From Propionibacteriaceae bacterium (GTDB lineage: Bacteria; Actinomycetota; Actinomycetes; Propionibacteriales; Propionibacteriaceae), in contig JAIRQE010000004.1 in the NCBI GenBank assembly GCA_031256725.1, forward strand, positions 90,001 through 122,000: 32,000 bases of DNA. Reading direction: 5' to 3'. Below, in pieces: positions 1-8,309 of the stretch; the first letter of the stretch is position 1, and each line of letters begins with the position of its first letter. Below the pieces are notes generated by a model. The model did no database searches, was not told the origin of the DNA, and saw nothing but the letters and a program-made list of their open reading frames with translations. Position numbers and translations under genes: made by a program.

Positions 1-255
1 TTCAGGAAGCTCCTCTACGAACTGGGTACGTAGGAAACGATCTGGAATCTGGGTCAGAATCCCAGCACCATCACCAGCAGCAGGATCAGCACCTGTGGCG
101 CCACGATGGTCAATGTTCATGAGAATCTTCAGGCCCTGGCCAACAATCTCATGGGTCTTGGTACCATCTAAGCGAGCGACAAAGCCCACTCCACAGGAAT
201 CATGCTCGAAAGCTGGTGAGTAGAGCCCCTGCGTGGGATGCCCTGTGCGAATCAT
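1..255 (-). CDS. gltB: glutamate synthase large subunit, N-terminal 85 codons (gene runs off the left window edge)
   Basis: Absent from the ORF track because no stop lies in the window. My reverse-strand translation from ATG 255-253 gives MIRTGHPTQGLYSPAFEHDSCGVGFVARLDGTKTHEIVGQGLKILMNIDHRGATGADPAAGDGAGIL... The FEHDSCGVGF segment is the propeptide plus catalytic Cys that opens the Ntn-type glutamine amidotransferase domain of GltB. A GAGAGGTGG Shine-Dalgarno (SD) lies at 259-267 (minus strand). Confidence 0.85.
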   Translation of the reverse strand, partial: MIRTGHPTQGLYSPAFEHDSCGVGFVARLDGTKTHEIVGQGLKILMNIDHRGATGADPAAGDGAGILTQIPDRFLRTQFVEELPE

Positions 256-286
256 GGTCCACCTCTCGTTGGGAGGCAGACTCAGT

Positions 287-1171
287 TCAGGGCGCGATCT
301 CGCCTAGAGAGTCCGCCTCAGCGCGATCAACAGTTATCGGACCAGATCCACCCACGTCATCAGAATAATCTTCTGTCCCCTTGCGGTGCTTCAAAGCCCA
401 GACAAACACTACAACACCAACCATACCTGCAACCAGGGTAGTCCAGCTATTGATCCGCAGCCCTGCTATCACATGTACAGGATCGATGCGGAACAGTTCG
501 ACCCAAAATCTTCCCAAGGCATACATAATGATGTACAGGCTGAATATCATTCCACTGCCTATACGTAGTTTGCGGCTAAGGATCAGAAGTAGAGCTGCCC
601 CCGCAAAATTCCACAACATTTCGTACAAGAAAGTCGGATGGAAAGTGGCGTACTGTTCAAAACCAGCAACCCGATGTACCTTATCGATCTCCAAGGCCCA
701 TGGAAGAGTTGTGGGGAGCCCATATAATTCTTGGTTCCACCAATTACCTAAACGTCCGATTCCTTGAGCAATCAAGAACCCGGGGGCGACACAATCAGCG
801 ACCTTAAGAAAAGAGATCTTGTATCGACGGCAAAGTACCAAAGCGGTCAAGAATCCAAGGGTGATCCCACCCCAGATCCCTAGTCCTCCCTGCCAGACAT
901 AGAAGATATGGTACCACGTTCCATTTTCACCGAAGTACCGAGGCCATTCAATGAGGACCCAATAGATTCGGGCACCAATGATCCCCGTGAGGATCGACGC
1001 AAAGATGAGGTTCTCAAAATGTTCCGTATCCCCGCCTGTCGTCTTCCATCGTCTGCGTGACAAGACGAAGGCAACGATGATCCCAATCAGGATAGAGATG
1101 GCGTATCCACGAATAGGTATCGGGCCAAGGTACCAGACCCCATGTGCGGGACTAGGGATGAATAGCGGCAT
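287..1171 (-). CDS. lgt: prolipoprotein diacylglyceryl transferase
   Basis: ORF 287-1255 trimmed to ATG 1171. That start gives [24 protein letters not shown], the usual Lgt N-terminus, and is preceded by a GAGGAGGA SD. Polytopic membrane protein with the Lgt signature [13 protein letters not shown]. The C-terminal ~40 aa are a non-conserved acidic tail. Confidence 0.93.
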   Translation of the reverse strand: MPLFIPSPAHGVWYLGPIPIRGYAISILIGIIVAFVLSRRRWKTTGGDTEHFENLIFASILTGIIGARIYWVLIEWPRYFGENGTWYHIFYVWQGGLGIWGGITLGFLTALVLCRRYKISFLKVADCVAPGFLIAQGIGRLGNWWNQELYGLPTTLPWALEIDKVHRVAGFEQYATFHPTFLYEMLWNFAGAALLLILSRKLRIGSGMIFSLYIIMYALGRFWVELFRIDPVHVIAGLRINSWTTLVAGMVGVVVFVWALKHRKGTEDYSDDVGGSGPITVDRAEADSLGEIAP

Positions 1172-1505
1172 GATCCTCCTCGGCCAACATGGGTGGGTAG
1201 ACATCAAAACAGGATTGCTCTTCAGTGTGGCAGGCAGGACCCACCTGATCAACAATCACCAGGATCGTATCTGAGTCACAGTCCCGACGTACCTCAACAA
1301 CATGCTGGGTATGTCCTGAGGTTTCACCCTTCACCCAATATGCCTGGCGTGATCGTGACCAGTACGTTGCCTGTCGGGTCTCCATGGTACGCCTGAGTGC
1401 TTCTGCATCCATCCAGGCAAGCATGAGCACCTGTGATGTTTTTCGGTCCTGGACCACAGCAGGTACCAGACCCACATCGGAGTAATTGATCGGAAAATCC
1501 ACCAT
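1152..1505 (-). CDS. hisI: phosphoribosyl-AMP cyclohydrolase
   Basis: Motifs [47 protein letters not shown] and [19 protein letters not shown] are typical HisI. The track start at 1526 is a TTG. The first ATG (1505) sits 1 nt after the mshC stop (TGAgATG, 1509-1503). The 3' end overlaps the lgt start by 20 nt. Confidence 0.9.
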   Translation of the reverse strand: MVDFPINYSDVGLVPAVVQDRKTSQVLMLAWMDAEALRRTMETRQATYWSRSRQAYWVKGETSGHTQHVVEVRRDCDSDTILVIVDQVGPACHTEEQSCFDVYPPMLAEEDHAAIHP

Positions 1506-1506
1506 C

Positions 1507-2751
1507 TCAGGGTATCGCAACACCAAGGAGATAGTCAGTGACCTGAGCCATATTCTCCGGTGCCCCTGCGTGATCTGTGGTGGCTGCCAGGCTGAGAGTT
1601 GACCAAGTATCGAGCACCTGAAGGGCCTGGTCTGCGTGTAGATCCTCTCTCAAATATCCTCGAATCTGAGATGCATAATCACTGAAATCTATACTTGTTG
1701 ATCCGTGGCGAGCCTGGGACCACATCTGGAGTCGATCCTCAGCTTTTTTCACTTCACTGGTAGTCCAGGTCCACTCGCTTCGATAGTGATGGGAAAGCAG
1801 GGCTACACGAATCACCATCGGATCAATGCCCTCATTTATAAGCTCGGCCACTTTGACCAGGTTCCCTTTGGACTTGCTCATCTTTTCCCCATCAAGACCA
1901 ACCATGGCCGAATGAACATAGGCATGGGCCATGGATTCCCCTGTGAGCACTCTACAGATGGAAGCACAGATTTCATGATGAGGGAAGATGAGATCTGTTC
2001 CCCCACCTTGGATATCGATGACCTCAGAATCAGCATGGGCTATCACGCTGCATTGGATATGCCACCCTGGACGTCCACGTCCAAGGAAAGAATCCCATGA
2101 GGGTTCCCCCATTCGAGTCTGTCTCCACACCAAGGCATCAAGGGGGTGTTTCTTGCCTGGACGCCTGGGATCACCTCCGCGTTCGGCAAAGAGTTCCATC
2201 ATTGTGGCCTCACTAAGACCAAATTCTGACCCGAATAAGGATTCTTTCTCGCAAGAGAAGTACCAGTCGGGATACTCATCCTCAATCTGGTAGAGGTACC
2301 CAGCCTCCATCAATGTTTTCAAACCTGATTCGATCAGAGGCATGGCCTCGGAAACACTCATGAATCGATCAGGGGCGATAATCCTCAATGCCTCCATATC
2401 TCGACTGAATTGTTCAGTCTCAGCCTTAGCCAACTCCCTCCAATCAACTCCAGTCTTCTCCGCACGTTCCAGAAGGGGATCATCCACATCTGTCACATTT
2501 TGGATATAGGTGACCTCTAAGCCCAGATCACGCCACACCCTATTGACAAGATCGAATGTAAGGTAGGTGAAAGCGTGACCCATATGTGTGGCGTCATAAG
2601 GTGTGATTCCGCAGACGTAGATCCCGACAGACCTGTCCTCCTCTGAGTGTGGCCCAACAGGAACAATCTGTGACTGTCCAGTATCGAAAACAGTCAGTTG
2701 GACCCCATCCCGGTTGGTTCTGATCAGTTCTGGAGACTTCCATGGTTGCAT
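1507..2751 (-). CDS. mshC: L-cysteine:1D-myo-inosityl 2-amino-2-deoxy-alpha-D-glucopyranoside ligase (mycothiol ligase, CysRS paralogue)
   Basis: 414 aa, which is MshC length and shorter than CysRS. N-terminus is MQPW... Motifs present: [19 protein letters not shown] (HIGH-type), [43 protein letters not shown] and KMSKSKGN. The sequence is collinear with my recollection of mycobacterial MshC. Confidence 0.86.
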   Translation of the reverse strand: MQPWKSPELIRTNRDGVQLTVFDTGQSQIVPVGPHSEEDRSVGIYVCGITPYDATHMGHAFTYLTFDLVNRVWRDLGLEVTYIQNVTDVDDPLLERAEKTGVDWRELAKAETEQFSRDMEALRIIAPDRFMSVSEAMPLIESGLKTLMEAGYLYQIEDEYPDWYFSCEKESLFGSEFGLSEATMMELFAERGGDPRRPGKKHPLDALVWRQTRMGEPSWDSFLGRGRPGWHIQCSVIAHADSEVIDIQGGGTDLIFPHHEICASICRVLTGESMAHAYVHSAMVGLDGEKMSKSKGNLVKVAELINEGIDPMVIRVALLSHHYRSEWTWTTSEVKKAEDRLQMWSQARHGSTSIDFSDYASQIRGYLREDLHADQALQVLDTWSTLSLAATTDHAGAPENMAQVTDYLLGVAIP

Positions 2752-2757
2752 GAAACT

Positions 2758-2763
2758 AGGGTA
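2758..2763 (-). promoter_or_regulatory. candidate -10 hexamer TACCCT (TANNNT) exactly 6 nt upstream of the mshC ATG; leaderless geometry
   Basis: The minus strand reads ggTACCCTagtttcATG. No SD lies in the 6-nt spacer. See the paired element at 2783-2788. Confidence 0.35.
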
Positions 2764-2782
2764 CCGGGATTCACGACTCAGG

Positions 2783-2788
2783 TAGAGT
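2783..2788 (+). promoter_or_regulatory. candidate -10 hexamer TAGAGT (TANNNT) exactly 6 nt upstream of the peptidase ATG; leaderless geometry
   Basis: The plus strand reads ggTAGAGTcagcccATG. No SD is present. The hexamer overlaps a 5-bp inverted repeat, GACTC(2775-2779)/GAGTC(2785-2789). Confidence 0.35.
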
Positions 2789-2794
2789 CAGCCC

Positions 2795-4696
2795 ATGAGA
2801 TATGGTGAATGGCCCTCCCCAATCAGTGCGGCAGATCTGGCTGGAGGGCGTTTAAGGCTTGGCGAGGGTTTCATTAATGAAGACAAGGTCTTCTGGTTGC
2901 AGTCAAGCCCTCTTGATAAAGGTCGTACTACCCTGGTCACCCTGGCTGACAATGGGAGTGTCCTTGATCTGACCAAGAACTGGGATCTTCGTACACCCAT
3001 CCATGAGTACGGAGGTACACCCGTTACCTGCCAAGGATCTCGCCTATGTTTCTATGATCGGATCTCCACACAAGTCTGGGTTCATTCAGGCTGTGATGCC
3101 ATGCCGATCACGGAATCTGGACAGTGGTTTTTTGGTGGATTCACATTCCTCAATGATCACCAGGTTGTGTGTATACGCGAGGATCACTCCCCTGAACACC
3201 AGCCCCAGGATGCCATCGTCATCCTAGACCTTGATGGCATGAACCGTGATGGTGGTCGCGTCATTGCATCTGGAGCAGACTTCTATTTCGCTCTTGTTGT
3301 CTCCAATGGCGGTTGGCTTGCTTGGATGGAGTACGACCACCCCAACATGCCATGGGATACCACTCGAATCATGGCCCAATCCCCTGAGGGTCGTCAGTAC
3401 TGTGTCGTGGACACTCCTCATCAGGCAGCCATCTATCCACAATGGGAGTCGGATGGATCCTTGATCTTCCTCTCAGATGAATCGGGGTACTGGAACTTCT
3501 ATCGATGGACGATCGAAGGAGTCACCGCACTGCATCATCATCCCTATGACTTCTGTGAACCACCATGGGTGATCAGTCAGCCTCCTTATGCGATTCTCAA
3601 TGTCAACGGCCATAGTGCTCTTGGATGTATATGGTGGAAGGATGGTATGGCCCATCTCGGGGTACTCAATCCTGATTCAACACTGACCACAATGGGGGTT
3701 TATGGTACTGCAACTGTCAGCCCTTCTTTTGGGAACCGCAGTGTTGTGAAACTAGGATCACCGACCCAGGCATTGAGTCTCAATCTGCTCGATTGGTCCA
3801 CAGGTACGATCACTCATCTTGTATCTGAATCTTTGATCACGATGGACCCCAACGAGATTTCCTTACCAGAGTTCGTCACCTGGGCCTCCACAACCGATGA
3901 TTCAGCGACCAAGGTATCCGCGTGGTATTACCCACCGACTGTCATTGGGGAAACCCCTCCACCTGTGATACTCACACCACACTCGGGACCCACAAGCTAC
4001 TCTCCCGCAGTTTTCTCCCTTGTCAAACAGTATTTTACTACGAGGGGAATCGGTATCCTTGACCTCAATTATTCCGGCTCGGCCACCATGGGAAGGGCCT
4101 TTCGACTAAAGCTCTACGAAAATTGGGGAATCCTTGATGTCAAGGATTGCGTCGACGGAATCAACCATCTGATCTCATTGGGGAAAGCTGACCGACAACG
4201 TGTGGGAATCATGGGCAGCTCTGCTGGAGGGTTCACCACATTAGCGGCATTAACCACCACAATCGTATTCACTGCTGGAATCTCCCTGTACGGGATTGCT
4301 GACCTGGAGGCACTCACCTTGGAGACTGCCAAGTTTGAATCCCATTACAACCAGCGTCTGGTTGCCCCGTACCCTGAGGATCGACAGGTGTACCTCGATA
4401 GGTCACCTATCACACATGTGGAGTCTCTCAACTCTCCTATTCTCATCTTCCAAGGAGAACTTGATCAGGTGGTACCTCCCAATCAAGCCACCATGATGTA
4501 TGAGGCTGCCCTAGCCAAGGGTCTTGAGGCCCAACTGGTTCTCTTCGAGGACGAGGGTCACGGCTTCAGGATGGCCTCAACTATTGAGGAAGTGTACTCA
4601 AAAACCTTAAGTTTCCTTGGAAGGATCTGGGGGTTCAGCCCCTCCAGCAACAAGACGGTGGCCGAAGATAGCCGTACCAATTCTGATGCAGGTTGA
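2795..4696 (+). CDS. S9-family serine peptidase (N-terminal beta-propeller plus alpha/beta-hydrolase domain; prolyl-oligopeptidase / dipeptidyl-aminopeptidase-like)
   Basis: 633 aa. The C-terminal hydrolase domain carries the nucleophile elbow GIMGSSAGGF (GxSxGG), the Asp in FQGELDQVVP and the His in FEDEGHGF. The N-terminal ~400 aa are Trp/Gly-rich and propeller-like. The last ~19 aa (SPSSNKTVAEDSRTNSDAG) look like a non-conserved tail. Confidence 0.85.
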   Translation: MRYGEWPSPISAADLAGGRLRLGEGFINEDKVFWLQSSPLDKGRTTLVTLADNGSVLDLTKNWDLRTPIHEYGGTPVTCQGSRLCFYDRISTQVWVHSGCDAMPITESGQWFFGGFTFLNDHQVVCIREDHSPEHQPQDAIVILDLDGMNRDGGRVIASGADFYFALVVSNGGWLAWMEYDHPNMPWDTTRIMAQSPEGRQYCVVDTPHQAAIYPQWESDGSLIFLSDESGYWNFYRWTIEGVTALHHHPYDFCEPPWVISQPPYAILNVNGHSALGCIWWKDGMAHLGVLNPDSTLTTMGVYGTATVSPSFGNRSVVKLGSPTQALSLNLLDWSTGTITHLVSESLITMDPNEISLPEFVTWASTTDDSATKVSAWYYPPTVIGETPPPVILTPHSGPTSYSPAVFSLVKQYFTTRGIGILDLNYSGSATMGRAFRLKLYENWGILDVKDCVDGINHLISLGKADRQRVGIMGSSAGGFTTLAALTTTIVFTAGISLYGIADLEALTLETAKFESHYNQRLVAPYPEDRQVYLDRSPITHVESLNSPILIFQGELDQVVPPNQATMMYEAALAKGLEAQLVLFEDEGHGFRMASTIEEVYSKTLSFLGRIWGFSPSSNKTVAEDSRTNSDAG

Positions 4697-5344
4697 ACCG
4701 TGGGCGATAGCGGATACAAAGTCTGAACTCATTCCCATGGAGAGTTCATCCCAACCACCACCATCACGATCACGAAGTTGACGTTGAAGGGTGGCCATCG
4801 TCTTGAAACACTTGTCGGCGAGGGCAGGATCTGGATGAGCCACAGTCATCAATCCTGTGGGATTAAGATGCGGGAAGGCTTTCAGCGCCTCAGCGAACTC
4901 CAGGACCTCATCAACCGCCACACCATGTTTCGTGGTTTCCTGGGATGTATTCACTTGAACGAGAAGATCCAAGCCTCCACGGTGGTACTTCGTTGAATAC
5001 TCGGTTTCGAGGGCCTGAGCCAATTCAATGGAATCCAAGGATTGAAGTTGCCTCATGACTGTGCATGCGGCGCGGACCTTATTGCGCTGAAGATGACCAA
5101 TCATGACCCAGGAGATGAAATCATCCAACTCGGTTGCCTTGGCAACCATGTCTTGTACCCTATTTTCTCCAAAGTTCTTGCACCCAGCCTTCACGGCCTC
5201 GCTGATTACCGACACAGGATGTGCTTTTGTGACGGGAAGCAGTTCAACCTCGTCCACCTGGCGTCCCGCATCAGTACAAGCCTTCTCAATCTCTTGTCGG
5301 ATACGAGCCAGATTTTCTGCAATCGTTGTTTCGGTCACGGCCAC
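4607..5344 (-). CDS. yggS: YggS-family pyridoxal-5'-phosphate homeostasis protein
   Basis: IAENLARIRQEIEKAC, LLPVTKAHP (PLP lysine), NFGENRVQD, IGHLQRNK, ELSMGMSSDF and IRIGTAIFG are the YggS/PROSC pattern. The track start is GTG 5344. A second in-frame GTG at 5338 forms GTGA with the upstream VWA stop. Confidence 0.88.
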   Translation of the reverse strand: MAVTETTIAENLARIRQEIEKACTDAGRQVDEVELLPVTKAHPVSVISEAVKAGCKNFGENRVQDMVAKATELDDFISWVMIGHLQRNKVRAACTVMRQLQSLDSIELAQALETEYSTKYHRGGLDLLVQVNTSQETTKHGVAVDEVLEFAEALKAFPHLNPTGLMTVAHPDPALADKCFKTMATLQRQLRDRDGGGWDELSMGMSSDFVSAIAHGSTCIRIGTAIFGHRLVAGGAEPPDPSKET

Positions 5345-6306
5345 CTCGCTGCCAAAGACATGACTCCGAGCAAGGAAATAAGGCCCAGAATCCCTGCATA
5401 TCCAACAAACTTCTCGGTTATCTCTTGCTCCTCGCGTTCGTAGCCTACTGAACGGGAGATCCCTGCGTACACTTCACGGAGGCGATCTGAGGAGTCAGCT
5501 GTGTACGCCTTGCCCCCCGAGATCTGAGCGATGCGGCGCAACTCTTCAGTGTTGACTGGTACCTGATTACGTTGCCCACGATCTATGATGAAGCCTTCAG
5601 GAGTACCATAGGCAATCGTAAATACCGGAATCTGCATCTTCTTTGCATCTTCGGCAGCCACTGCGGAATCACGTCCAGAGTTGGACTCCCCATCGGAAAT
5701 CAGCACGATCACCACTGGTGCAAGCTCATTGGGATGGTTGGGATCGGGAGGAATCATGACGACCCCATCCAATGCAGCATAGATCCCCTCACCAATGGCC
5801 GTTGACTGCCGTAACTGAAGGTTGTCTACCGCATGTTTCACATCATCTTTGTTTGTTGTTGGCCTGACAAGGGTGATCGCTGTTGCAGCGAAGGAGATCA
5901 ATGAGAGGTTGAACCCTGAAGGAAGCTCATCAACAAACTCATTGATCGCTCGTTGGGCAGCAATCAACCGATTCGGGTAGACATCCTCAGCTTCCATCGA
6001 CAAGGACACATCAACAACAAGAAAAACTGTGGCTCGATCTTTGGGTACATTCACGAATCCATTCGGCATCGCCCATGCAACCGTGAGAGTAGCCAATGAA
6101 GCGATGGCAGCAACCACAGCGACATGCCTCTTCCATGCTTTCCTCTTTGGAAACAGCAGTTCTAGGGAACTACGATCACGAGAAGCCTTCGATCTTCTCA
6201 TGAGGTTCCACAACAGGTAGATCATGAGAAGGATTGGTACAAGTACCAATGCCCATAACCTTTGAGGTTGCATGAACCCCATCTCCAATAAGGAAATACT
6301 CATCAT
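5335..6306 (-). CDS. membrane-anchored von Willebrand factor A domain protein (BatA/BatB-like), copy 2
   Basis: N-terminal Bat-type TM hairpin (PQRLWALVLVPILLMIYLL ... VAVVAAIASLATLTVAWA). VWA domain with the MIDAS motif VVDVSLSMEAED. C-terminal TM helix (FVGYAGILGLISLLGVMSLA). Paralogous to the upstream gene. Confidence 0.85.
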   Translation of the reverse strand: MMSISLLEMGFMQPQRLWALVLVPILLMIYLLWNLMRRSKASRDRSSLELLFPKRKAWKRHVAVVAAIASLATLTVAWAMPNGFVNVPKDRATVFLVVDVSLSMEAEDVYPNRLIAAQRAINEFVDELPSGFNLSLISFAATAITLVRPTTNKDDVKHAVDNLQLRQSTAIGEGIYAALDGVVMIPPDPNHPNELAPVVIVLISDGESNSGRDSAVAAEDAKKMQIPVFTIAYGTPEGFIIDRGQRNQVPVNTEELRRIAQISGGKAYTADSSDRLREVYAGISRSVGYEREEQEITEKFVGYAGILGLISLLGVMSLAARWP

Positions 6307-7259
6307 CTAAATCTCACTCCCATCATCACAGCACCCACAGCAGCTGCGAAGGCGAAAATCAGACCAAGCCCGGCCGCAGTTGCTGTAATCTCCTTCTTTG
6401 CCTCAACATAACCCACTTTCGAGTGGATTCTTGTATAGGCTCCATTGAGTTGAGAAACATCGTCAGCCTGGTAATACTGCCCATCTGTTAACTCTGCGAT
6501 CTCTCTCATAAGGCGGTGATCTGGGGGTACCAAATGCCTTTCCCCATCAAGATCGACGTACCCGTTGTCTGTTCCGAAGGCAATCGTGTAGATGGGTACC
6601 TCACGATCTGCAGCATCTTTAGCCGCCTGGAGGGGTGCCTGCCCAATGGTATTAGACCCATCAGAGAGCATGACAATCATCGCAGGAGCATCCCCAGATC
6701 CTTCAGGGGCAAGATCTATGGCTTGAAGAGCAGCCATGATTGCATCCCCCACCGCTGAGGAATCCTGGACAGTCAAAGCCTGAATGATGCGTACAGCAGC
6801 CCCATGATCATTCTCGGGACTCATATGTACCTTGGAATGACCAGAAAGGCTCACCACAGCCACATTGAAACCCGCAGGAAGGGATTCCACGAAATCTATG
6901 GCAGCACTTTGTGCCGCTTCCAAACGGTTTGGTAGTACATCCGTGGCCGTCATCGACCAAGAAACATCAATCACCATGACCACGGTCGCACGTTCCTGAG
7001 GTATCCGATCCATACCCACTGGTCGTGCCCACGCCAAGCCAAGAGTCAGGATCGACAATACAGACAGGGCCACGATCACATGACGAAGCCATTGGGATTG
7101 CTTAGGTAAGACCTCACCGAGAACAGTGGTGTTGGTGTACCTCATACCGAATTGGGCGCGCTTTCGCACAATGAGGATATAGGCCACAATCAGAATTGGG
7201 AGGATGAGCAGAGCCCACAGCCGTGCCGGGGTCAGGAATCCGTAGATGGGAACATCCAT
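6303..7259 (-). CDS. membrane-anchored von Willebrand factor A domain protein (BatA/BatB-like), copy 1
   Basis: Same architecture as copy 2: PARLWALLILPILIVAYILIV and VIVALSVLSILTLGLAWA helices, MIDAS motif VIDVSWSMTATD, and a C-terminal TM helix (AAGLGLIFAFAAAVGAVMMGV). Confidence 0.85.
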   Translation of the reverse strand: MDVPIYGFLTPARLWALLILPILIVAYILIVRKRAQFGMRYTNTTVLGEVLPKQSQWLRHVIVALSVLSILTLGLAWARPVGMDRIPQERATVVMVIDVSWSMTATDVLPNRLEAAQSAAIDFVESLPAGFNVAVVSLSGHSKVHMSPENDHGAAVRIIQALTVQDSSAVGDAIMAALQAIDLAPEGSGDAPAMIVMLSDGSNTIGQAPLQAAKDAADREVPIYTIAFGTDNGYVDLDGERHLVPPDHRLMREIAELTDGQYYQADDVSQLNGAYTRIHSKVGYVEAKKEITATAAGLGLIFAFAAAVGAVMMGVRFR

Positions 7260-7262
7260 GAG

Positions 7263-8309
7263 TTAGCGGCTCACCCCCTGCGGAGGGGTGTGCAACTGGG
7301 AGGCCAAACGACGATAGGCCATCACGAATCGAGCAATGTCCTCTACCCAATCCCTATCGGTTCTCAACTGCATGTGAGCAGCACCAGACCTCCTGATACC
7401 CACTCGAATTCTTTCACGTTGGGCACGTGTGGCCGCATTAAGACGCTCACGAGCCGCTGCATCGGAGGTATCCACATAGCGATCGAAGTTTGTCTCAGGG
7501 TCACGAATCAGGATTTCGCCCAGATCGGGAAACTCCAATTCCCGACGGTCGACAACCTCCACACAAATGACCTGATTTCGTACCGAGAGTTTCCTAAGAG
7601 GTCTCTCCCAATCGATCTCCACGTTCGGATCAAGTTCAGTATCTCCTGTTGTCAGAAAGTCGGAGACGATGATTCTTAACCCTCGTCTTCTCTGGGTACG
7701 ACCCAACTGCTCCATACCAGCAGCAAGATCCATGGGACCATCAGTATTGTCGTGGACGATGGGAGTGGTCAGCATTCTTCGCAACAATCCATAGAGAGCC
7801 ATACGCCCCGATCTGGCAGGAATCCTTGTGATCTGTTGGGGATCCATCACAAGCCCACCAAAACGATCACCAATCTTCTGGGAAAGGAACCCTATGGTGG
7901 CGATTGCGGCAATACCGAGGTCACGCTTAGTGACTCCACCTGTACCCCAGTTCATGGAGGGAGTGACATCCATGAGTGCCCATACCTCAAGTTCACGATC
8001 AGCGATGGTGTCACGTACATGGGGAATGGTCGTTCGGGCAGTCACTGCCCAATCCATTCGCCTGATGTCATCTTGACCTGGGATGTACACACGGGCATCG
8101 TTGGTGTCAGACCCAGGTCCAGGCAATAGCCCCAAATGGTCACCCTGAAGGAAACCTTCAAGACGTCGTACAATCGTCAACTCAAGTCTCTTCAATGCCG
8201 CTTCGGGGGCGAGTTTACTCAGCGGAAGTGTGGCACCTCTGGGCTCATTCACCACCGTTGCGACAGCCGACTCAATCGGCGAAGGCGGGCTAAAAGAAAT
8301 CTGTGGCAT
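7263..8309 (-). CDS. DUF58-family protein (MoxR-operon partner, VWA-like fold)
   Basis: Contains DDIRRMDWAVTART, ALMDVTPSMNWG and RIIVSDFL, as in DUF58 proteins encoded next to moxR. The track start at 8348 was trimmed to ATG 8309 (MPQISFSPP...), which forms TAATG with the moxR stop and has GAGG upstream. Confidence 0.82.
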   Translation of the reverse strand: MPQISFSPPSPIESAVATVVNEPRGATLPLSKLAPEAALKRLELTIVRRLEGFLQGDHLGLLPGPGSDTNDARVYIPGQDDIRRMDWAVTARTTIPHVRDTIADRELEVWALMDVTPSMNWGTGGVTKRDLGIAAIATIGFLSQKIGDRFGGLVMDPQQITRIPARSGRMALYGLLRRMLTTPIVHDNTDGPMDLAAGMEQLGRTQRRRGLRIIVSDFLTTGDTELDPNVEIDWERPLRKLSVRNQVICVEVVDRRELEFPDLGEILIRDPETNFDRYVDTSDAAARERLNAATRAQRERIRVGIRRSGAAHMQLRTDRDWVEDIARFVMAYRRLASQLHTPPQGVSR

